Below the pieces are notes generated by a model. The model saw only the letters and a program-made list of their open reading frames with translations, searched no databases and was not told where the DNA came from. Below are positions 57,606 through 64,000 of a stretch of DNA of 64,000 nucleotides, in pieces. Position numbers and translations under genes: made by a program. This DNA is from an uncultured Candidatus Saccharibacteria bacterium. Its GTDB lineage: Bacteria > Patescibacteriota > UBA1384 > JAGGWG01 > CAZAJM01. Each line of letters opens with the position of its first letter. Position 1 is the first letter of the stretch. The stretch lies in the NCBI GenBank assembly GCA_964485625.1, contig CAZAJM010000003.1, positions 6,349 through 70,348 of the forward strand, in the 5' to 3' direction.

Positions 57606-59194
57606 AGTTTAACTAAACCGTTTTTTAAATCTTCACCGGCCATATTTGGGTCTGAGTCAATCTCAAGATTAACTAATATTGTACTACTAACATCGGCTAA
57701 AATACCACTAGGCGAGAGCTGGCTAATAGATTGCCACAGACTATCACTATCGAGATTCTTCTGTGGTTGCTGAAAGCCATCCACCCAAAAGAAAGGAACC
57801 GGATTAACAGTATGCTCCTTATCTGGCTTGTTACTTGCTAAATTAATCATCTGCTCACAGTTGCCATGATCGGCCGTAACGAAGGAGAGGTAATCTGCCT
57901 TGCCGGCAACTAAAAGTAATTTACCTAAATAGTAATCAACAGCCTCTACTGCCTCTTTGGTTGCCTCGAAGCTACCTGTATGGCCGACCATATCGGGATT
58001 AGCTATATTCAAGAGAATGAATTCCGGGCTCTGCTTAATGCCATCGACTACCGCTTGAAAAAGAATCTCCAAACTCATCTCAGGTTTTTGGTCGTATGAT
58101 TCAACATCAGGAGAGGAGATAATACTGTCAACTTCTTTGGCATATTTTTTATCTAAGCCACCGCCAAAAAAGTAGGTGACATGGGCCCTCTTCTCACTCT
58201 CTGCTAGATGAATTTGGGAAAGCCCCCTCTTATCAATAACTGACGGCAGATTATCTTCTACTTTTGGCGGATCAAAAACCGTTCTAATATCAATATCCCA
58301 ATCTTCCTCATAAGGCGTCATGGTAGCAATATCAACTTTAGGGAACTTGGCCCTAACAAACTCTTTTAAACTTGGATCGGCTAGAGCTCTGGTCATCTGT
58401 CTGGCTCGATCAGCTCTGAAATTAAAGATTATTACCCCATCACCTTCTTTAACAAACTGATCATTATCACTTAGATCGACAATTGAAGGAGAGAGGTTCT
58501 CGTCGTTTTTGCCTTGACCATATCTTGCCTCAAACAGATCTTCTGGGCTAGAAAAGTAATCCTCTTTATTACTATTACCACCGATAACAGTCTCATAAAA
58601 TCTCTTGGTTCTTTCCCAGTTATTATTCCTGTCCATGGCAATCTTTCTACCGGTAATTGTAGAGACCTTGCCTACTCCAATCTCAGCTATCTTCTTATTA
58701 AGCTTAGCAAGAAAATCAACCCCCGATTTAGGAGGCGTATCCCTGCCATCACTTATCATATGGATATATACTCGATCAATATTTTTGCTCTTAGCTAGCT
58801 TAAGCAAAGCATAAAGATGATTAATGTGAGAGTGAATCCCGCCATTTGAGACCAAACCGATTAGATGCAGAGCTTTACTGCTACTAACAACACCATCGAT
58901 TAGTTCATTTAATATCTTGTTCTTGTAGAAACTGCCATCTCTAATAGACTGATCTATCTTGGGCAAGTTCTGCCAAAGGACCTGACCTGTTCCTAAATTA
59001 AAATGGCCCACCTCCGAGTTACCAACCTCGCCCCAACTTAGACCGACCTCTTCACCAGAAGCCGATAGGGTAGTAAAAGGATGGTTGGCAATTAAGCTAT
59101 CTAGATTAGGCGTATTGGCCGAAAGAACAGGATTTTGCTCCCGGTTATAGTTCAAGCCAAATCCGTCTAGTATGACTAAAAAAGTCTTATCCAT
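57602..59194 (-). CDS. 2,3-bisphosphoglycerate-independent phosphoglycerate mutase, paralog 2 (divergent)
   Basis: Same motif set (GNSEVGH, GGIHSHINHLYALL, NPDMVGHTG, TADHGNCE) but only roughly 40-45% identical to paralog 1 by eye. Confidence 0.8.
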   Translation of the reverse strand: MDKTFLVILDGFGLNYNREQNPVLSANTPNLDSLIANHPFTTLSASGEEVGLSWGEVGNSEVGHFNLGTGQVLWQNLPKIDQSIRDGSFYKNKILNELIDGVVSSSKALHLIGLVSNGGIHSHINHLYALLKLAKSKNIDRVYIHMISDGRDTPPKSGVDFLAKLNKKIAEIGVGKVSTITGRKIAMDRNNNWERTKRFYETVIGGNSNKEDYFSSPEDLFEARYGQGKNDENLSPSIVDLSDNDQFVKEGDGVIIFNFRADRARQMTRALADPSLKEFVRAKFPKVDIATMTPYEEDWDIDIRTVFDPPKVEDNLPSVIDKRGLSQIHLAESEKRAHVTYFFGGGLDKKYAKEVDSIISSPDVESYDQKPEMSLEILFQAVVDGIKQSPEFILLNIANPDMVGHTGSFEATKEAVEAVDYYLGKLLLVAGKADYLSFVTADHGNCEQMINLASNKPDKEHTVNPVPFFWVDGFQQPQKNLDSDSLWQSISQLSPSGILADVSSTILVNLEIDSDPNMAGEDLKNGLVKL

Positions 59195-60455
59195 ATATCT
59201 TATCTTCTATTCTTAATAGCTGATTGTACTTTGAGAGTCGATCGCTTCGAGACAGAGAGCCAGACTTGATCTTGCTCCCCCCAACGCCGACTACAAAGTC
59301 AGCGATAAACGAGTCTGAGGTTTCACCGGATCGATGAGAGACCATAAAATCATAGTTTGCTTGCTGAGCCTGCTTAATTGTCTCTACAGTTTCACTAACA
59401 GTACCAATCTGGTTGAGCTTAATAAGTATGCTATTACCGGCCTTCAATTTGATTCCTTTGCTAAGCAGATCTTTATTGGTGACAAAGAGATCATCACCAA
59501 CAACTGCTAAACTATCCGGAGCCTTTGAAGTAAAATACTGCCAACCCTGCCAATCTTCCTGATCGAGAGGATCTTCAATTGAGATTATGGGATAGTTACT
59601 GGCAAGCTCTAATAGATAGTTACTCATACCCTTACTATCAAGACTATCAAAGCCCTCCATAAGATAGTTAAAATTACCTGAATCATTACTAGAAAACTCA
59701 CTAGCAGCCACATCTAGAGCAATGGCAAAGTCCTCAACCTGCTTGTAACCTGCTTTTTCTCCGGCCTCAATAATTAGCTCTAACACCTGCCCCGGATCAT
59801 CAATGTTGGGAGCAAAGCCACCCTCATCGCCGACAGTTGTCGGTTGACCTTTGCTCTCAATTATCTCTTTAAGTTGATGATAGACCTCAGCTCCCAATCG
59901 AAGCTTATCTTCAAAATTACCATCAATCACCGGCACCAACATAAACTCCTGGATAGAAAGCTTGTTGCTAGCATGCTCTCCGCCATTAACAATATTAAAG
60001 TAGGGAGTAGGTAATTGATAATTAGAATTAAAACCAAAAGTCTGGCTAATCTGCTCGTAAAGAGGCTTGCCTTCAACTAAAGCAGCAGCCCTAACAGTCG
60101 CCATAGAGACAGCTAAGATTGCATTGGCTCCCAACCTCCCCTTATTATCACTACCATCAAGCTCTTTAAGTAGCCAATCTATCTTTTTCTGATTCCCGAC
60201 ATCTCTACCAACAAGCTCATCATTAATATCTTCGTTGATATTAGCGACTGCCTTTAAGACCCCTTTGCCTACATATCGATCCTCATCTCCGTCTCTAAGC
60301 TCAACTGCCTCATACTTGCCCGTTGAGGCTCCTGAAGGAACGGCGGCTTTAGTCATCAAGCCAGTATCCAAATAGACCTCTGCCTCTACAGTTGGATTGC
60401 CTCTTGAGTCTAAAATCTCTCTGCCAATAATTTTTTTAATCTTACTCATTGTCAA
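59187..60455 (-). CDS. eno: enolase
   Basis: SHRSGETSD and IEDPLDQEDW signatures. 422 aa. Confidence 0.93.
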   Translation of the reverse strand: MTMSKIKKIIGREILDSRGNPTVEAEVYLDTGLMTKAAVPSGASTGKYEAVELRDGDEDRYVGKGVLKAVANINEDINDELVGRDVGNQKKIDWLLKELDGSDNKGRLGANAILAVSMATVRAAALVEGKPLYEQISQTFGFNSNYQLPTPYFNIVNGGEHASNKLSIQEFMLVPVIDGNFEDKLRLGAEVYHQLKEIIESKGQPTTVGDEGGFAPNIDDPGQVLELIIEAGEKAGYKQVEDFAIALDVAASEFSSNDSGNFNYLMEGFDSLDSKGMSNYLLELASNYPIISIEDPLDQEDWQGWQYFTSKAPDSLAVVGDDLFVTNKDLLSKGIKLKAGNSILIKLNQIGTVSETVETIKQAQQANYDFMVSHRSGETSDSFIADFVVGVGGSKIKSGSLSRSDRLSKYNQLLRIEDKIYG

Positions 60456-61236
60456 ATAACTTAGCTATTGATAGATCGTATTTATCAGGATTATTTAAAA
60501 AATCCAAACGTTTAATATCAGTTTTAGTTATCTCATAGGCCGGCCTTCCACTTATTAGACCAAAATCCGGTAGATCGACAGGCTTTATTCTCTCTAAAGA
60601 TGGAACCTCGTTATAACTCTCGTTTCTAACCTCCTGATCATCTTCAAGGAGGTAGTAACTTGCCCCACTGTGCTTTAAGTAGTCTTCATACTCACTCTCA
60701 AAAGCCCGGCTAACCCAATTACTCATCACTAAAGGCTGCTTGAGACTAGGGTTAATCGTGACATGGCCAAAACCTGGAGGAACAACAATCTTCTCGCCCT
60801 GACTAACTTTAACTAAATAGTTTTCTTCTATAACCGAGCTATCATCCTCAGCCGGCCTTTGGATTAGATACCAAGCCTGACCATAGATCACCTCGTAGAC
60901 TTCCGGATAGGTAACTTCTTTGCCCACTAGTTTAGGATGGTAATGCCCCTTAGTCTTATTTAGCTCTCTACCAAGAAGTAGGGGAGACATAATGGTAATA
61001 TCGTAGCGCAGTTTATATTTTTTCAGATTAGCTCGATCATTCTCATAAGCGATATCTCTGTACATATAGTAGAGGTTAGTACCGGCCATATCGGGATGGT
61101 ACTGATAGATTACTTCTTTCATATCTCCGGCCTTACGGATCGCTGGCTCCACCTTTAGCCCTGGATCATCAAAAACCAACAGCTCATTACTAGAGAGCTC
61201 TATTGGCAGACCTGATTGTTCTTTTAAATCTGCCAT
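60442..61236 (-). CDS. cupin-type glucose-6-phosphate isomerase (archaeal cPGI family) with N-terminal extension
   Basis: TKGHYHPK...PEVYEVIYGQAWYLIQ...VVPPGFGHVTINP matches the cPGI cupin metal-binding pattern (TxGHxH...EVY...H). Confidence 0.6.
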   Translation of the reverse strand: MADLKEQSGLPIELSSNELLVFDDPGLKVEPAIRKAGDMKEVIYQYHPDMAGTNLYYMYRDIAYENDRANLKKYKLRYDITIMSPLLLGRELNKTKGHYHPKLVGKEVTYPEVYEVIYGQAWYLIQRPAEDDSSVIEENYLVKVSQGEKIVVPPGFGHVTINPSLKQPLVMSNWVSRAFESEYEDYLKHSGASYYLLEDDQEVRNESYNEVPSLERIKPVDLPDFGLISGRPAYEITKTDIKRLDFLNNPDKYDLSIAKLFDNE

Positions 61237-61237
61237 A

Positions 61238-61987
61238 CTATTTACTTACCCAGCCTCCATCTATTACTAAAACCTCTCCGTTAACAAAGTCCGCCTCGCC
61301 ACTAGCTAAATAGAGGGCGCCGCTAGCAATATCTTCCGGCTCTCCCAATCTAGAGTAGGGGGTAGCTGCCTCCATACCATCTTTAGTCTCTTTATCAGCT
61401 AGAATATCTTTAGTCATATTTGTTTTAATCACCCCAGGAGCAATAGCGTTAACGTTAATATCTTTGGAAGCAACTTCAACTGCCAATGACTTAGTCAATG
61501 CAATTATTCCACCCTTAGAGGCGCAGTAGGCGGCCGAACTCTCAAAACCAACCAACCCAGCGATAGAAGCGACATTGATTATCTTACCCTTACCTTTCTC
61601 CAACATCTGAGCTAGAACCGCTTTAGAGAGCAGAAAACAGCCCTTAAGATTAACAGCGATTGTTTTATCGAAACTATCTTCACTAAACTCGCTAGTCGGG
61701 CCTTGCTCCACAATTCCCGCGTTATTAACTAGAATATCAATACCACCAAACTCATCGACAGTAGCCTTAACCAAATTACCGACCTGAGCAGACTTACTAA
61801 CATCACACTTAAAGAAACTTCCCTGACCACCATCCTCAACAATCTGCTCCAAGGTACCGGCCCCGCCTGCCTCATCTATATCACTAACTACCACTTTCGC
61901 CCCAGCACTGGCAAACTTAAGAGCGATAGCCCTACCAATACCTGAGCCTGCCCCAGTGACAATGGCAACTCTATCTTTTAGATCCAT
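61238..61987 (-). CDS. short-chain dehydrogenase/reductase (FabG-like)
   Basis: TGAGSGIGRAIA Rossmann motif and YCASKGG catalytic motif. Confidence 0.85.
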   Translation of the reverse strand: MDLKDRVAIVTGAGSGIGRAIALKFASAGAKVVVSDIDEAGGAGTLEQIVEDGGQGSFFKCDVSKSAQVGNLVKATVDEFGGIDILVNNAGIVEQGPTSEFSEDSFDKTIAVNLKGCFLLSKAVLAQMLEKGKGKIINVASIAGLVGFESSAAYCASKGGIIALTKSLAVEVASKDINVNAIAPGVIKTNMTKDILADKETKDGMEAATPYSRLGEPEDIASGALYLASGEADFVNGEVLVIDGGWVSK

Positions 61988-62125
61988 TAAATATCCTTCC
62001 TATATTATTTCTATACACAACCTCATTTTACCAGAAAGAGAAAGAAAAGAAAAAACACCACAAATTTGTGATGTTAATTGTTCATCAAGCAAATGAATTT
62101 CGGAAGTATTTTATGAGTAGTACTA

Positions 62126-63358
62126 TTATTTTTTAATAATTTTCACAAACCTTCTCTTGCCAACTTTTATAACAGGTTCTTCCTTTGTGCTAATTTCTTT
62201 CTCCCAATTGCTAATTACTTGTTCTTCGTCTCTTATTATTTTAACCGCCTTGCTTTCTATTAATCTCTTAGCCTCACTGTTTGAACCTACCATCTTAGAA
62301 TCACTTAACACTTCAATTATTGAATATTTATCTTTTTTTGTTTTTAAAGTTGGTATATCGGAAGGTATTTTGTCTTTTCTAAATATTCTATTAAACTCTT
62401 TTTCTGCTTCTTTAGCTTGCTTCTCATCGTGATATATTTCAATGATTGTTCTTGCCAGTTTTGCTTTTAAATTTCTAGGATTTTCTTGATTCTTTTCTAT
62501 TTTCTTTTTAATAGTATCAATTTCAGATTTTTCAACCTCAGTGCAGAGTTCAAAACAGGGAATAATTGCCTCGTCAGGTAAGCTCATTATTTTACCAAAC
62601 ATTTCTTTTGGACTATCTTGCAAAGATACATAACTACCTTCGCTTTTAGACATCATTTTTTTGCCAGTTTCAGGATTGACTAAAAGCTTTGTTGAAATTA
62701 CGAATTTATCTCGATCTTGGTATTGCTTTACCAAGCTTCGTCCCATCATCATATTAAATGTTTGATCGTTGCCACCAACTTCTAAGTCGGCTTCTAATAC
62801 TACTGAGTCTAAACCTTGTAGTAATGGGTAAATTAATTCGTGAAAATGTATTTCTTTATTTGCTTTAATCCTTTCTTGAAACATATCTCTTTTAATAAGC
62901 TGGCCGTGCGTTGTTTTTGCCATAAGCTTAATAACATCTTTAAGTTTCATGTTTTCATACCAATCGCTATTGTATTTCATTTCAATAGGGGTGTCTTTAT
63001 TGTCAAAATCTAATATGTTGATAGCTTGGCTTTTATAATCTTTACAGTTCTTTTCAATTTCTTTTTTAGTTAGTGCTTTTCTTTTTGATGATTTTCCTGT
63101 TGGGTCTCCTATTCGAGCAGTAAAATCACCAACCAAAAAAATCAATTTATGACCTAATTCGTGTAGCTTTTTAAGAAACAGAAAATTTGTTGAGTGTCCT
63201 AAGTGCAAATCAGGCCCGGTAGGGTCAATACCGATATAGCAAGTGATTTGATCTTGTTTTCCCAAAAGCTCCTTGAAAGATTTTTTTGATGGATAGATCT
63301 TCTCTATATATCTTGAGTTTGCAATTTCATTAATTTTTCCTTTTTTGCTCATTTGCAA
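62126..63358 (-). CDS. tyrS: tyrosyl-tRNA synthetase
   Basis: HLGH (HIGH), KMSKS, GDPTGKS and a C-terminal S4-like domain. Confidence 0.88.
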   Translation of the reverse strand: MQMSKKGKINEIANSRYIEKIYPSKKSFKELLGKQDQITCYIGIDPTGPDLHLGHSTNFLFLKKLHELGHKLIFLVGDFTARIGDPTGKSSKRKALTKKEIEKNCKDYKSQAINILDFDNKDTPIEMKYNSDWYENMKLKDVIKLMAKTTHGQLIKRDMFQERIKANKEIHFHELIYPLLQGLDSVVLEADLEVGGNDQTFNMMMGRSLVKQYQDRDKFVISTKLLVNPETGKKMMSKSEGSYVSLQDSPKEMFGKIMSLPDEAIIPCFELCTEVEKSEIDTIKKKIEKNQENPRNLKAKLARTIIEIYHDEKQAKEAEKEFNRIFRKDKIPSDIPTLKTKKDKYSIIEVLSDSKMVGSNSEAKRLIESKAVKIIRDEEQVISNWEKEISTKEEPVIKVGKRRFVKIIKK

Positions 63359-63394
63359 CCCACTTTTTTAATTTGTTTGTTTTTTTATCCTAAC

Positions 63395-63438
63395 AAAAAA
63401 CTCCCCTTCCGTCCAGCTGGCGGATTCCAGAGGAGAGT
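63395..63438 (-). promoter_or_regulatory. hairpin plus U6 in tyrS 5' leader (attenuator, or terminator of the upstream gene)
   Basis: Minus strand: ACUCUCC-[UCUGGAAUCCGCCAGCUGGACGGAA]-GGGGAGU followed by UUUUUU, about 40 nt upstream of the tyrS AUG. Confidence 0.45.
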
Positions 63439-63583
63439 TTCGAACAGGGCAAAAGGGGGTATAAAATCTAACCTATTATTTTGGCGAAGTAAAATAGGTT
63501 AATACGTTAATAATTGCTTAATTAAAAAAGGATAAAACACATACCTGTCTAGTATTGAATTATCCCGCAACTAGTTACTTATT

Positions 63584-63982
63584 TCATGAATGGCCAAACA
63601 CTGCCCAATGTTCTCTGGTACCAACTATTGGGATCACTGATGGCAATACCCTAGCAAACGGTTCAATAATCTCCACTAAAGCAGTCTTTTCTTGCCAGGC
63701 GCCAATAAGAGTATACTTAAGAGCCATTATAACAATCTTTCTACAAGCATTTTTAAATGTCAGACTTGGAAATGATTCTCCGATTGATTCTCCGAGGCAC
63801 CCTATCAAATCTGAGATCCAATCATTTAACTCTCTAGGGAAATAATTGAACTGTACTTCACAGCCCCTACACATCATTTCCAATCTTTGAGAGGCTAACT
63901 GGCAATGTTCCCAAGTCGGGGCATCATCAGGCAAATCAGTCTCTGCCGGATTAACAAATGTGACTTCACTAATACTTGGCAA
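63584..63982 (-). CDS. hypothetical Cys-containing protein (may extend beyond window)
   Basis: 132-aa ORF. No recognisable family. Confidence 0.35.
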   Translation of the reverse strand: MPSISEVTFVNPAETDLPDDAPTWEHCQLASQRLEMMCRGCEVQFNYFPRELNDWISDLIGCLGESIGESFPSLTFKNACRKIVIMALKYTLIGAWQEKTALVEIIEPFARVLPSVIPIVGTREHWAVFGHS

Positions 63983-64000
63983 ATTAAAGGTCTTGGCAAT

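Noticed and set aside
63555-63845. Plus-strand 96-aa ORF overlapping the minus-strand ORF at 63584-63982.
   Set aside because: The minus-strand ORF is longer and fits the strand polarity of the surrounding block. Neither has homology support. I kept the minus ORF at low confidence.
1-64000. CRISPR arrays, rRNA genes, transposases or integrases, and alternative-code (UGA-recoded) signals.
   Set aside because: No regularly spaced short repeats and no rRNA-like conserved stretches were seen. The only integrase-like hint is the homing endonuclease inside the intein. Long conserved genes are uninterrupted under the standard code.

Overview
This 64-kb window comes from an AT-rich bacterial genome (roughly 35-40% GC by eye) that is compact and uses the standard genetic code. 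It looks CPR/Patescibacteria-like: L30 is missing from the spc operon, ribosomal proteins carry K/E-rich tails, and PheS and AspRS are minimal forms. The plus strand carries rpoB (5'-truncated by the window edge), rpoC, rpsL, rpsG and fusA, followed by a terminator. A small accessory patch comes next: an NTP-transferase, an acidic protein, a membrane-anchored SNase-like nuclease and hypothetical proteins. Then come tuf, driven by two near-consensus sigma70-like promoters, and a contiguous S10-spc-alpha ribosomal cluster. That cluster carries a CofE-like gene inserted between secY and adk, and runs on through rpoA-rplQ-rplM-rpsI to a terminator. After it are rbfA, a small membrane protein, pheS, pheT, aspS and a PBP5-like D,D-carboxypeptidase. 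A minus-strand block holds a CcdA/DsbD-like protein, a UPF0104-like membrane protein, rnc, nusB, rpmF, yceD and leuS. Upstream of leuS is the most unusual stretch. It is a roughly 760-nt ORF-free island (43140-43900) that is far more GC-rich than its surroundings, has purine and pyrimidine runs and internal repeats, and that I could not assign to a known RNA family. Beyond it lie a DUF378 protein, an EncFtn-like ferritin-like protein, and a tRNA-Ala(GGC) whose 3' end plus trailer forms a perfect 52-bp direct repeat 182 bp away, which looks like a site-specific integration scar. A secreted papain-like protease operon follows the tRNA. Further on are rsmH, then an RHH-cysD-cysN-AlkP-superfamily cluster in which cysD is split by a full-length intein with a LAGLIDADG homing endonuclease. 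Next is an ackA/PduL acetate module and a lower-glycolysis cluster with two tandem divergent iPGM paralogs, enolase, an archaeal cupin-type PGI and an SDR. The window ends with tyrS and an attenuator-like leader. No CRISPR array, rRNA or transposase was seen.
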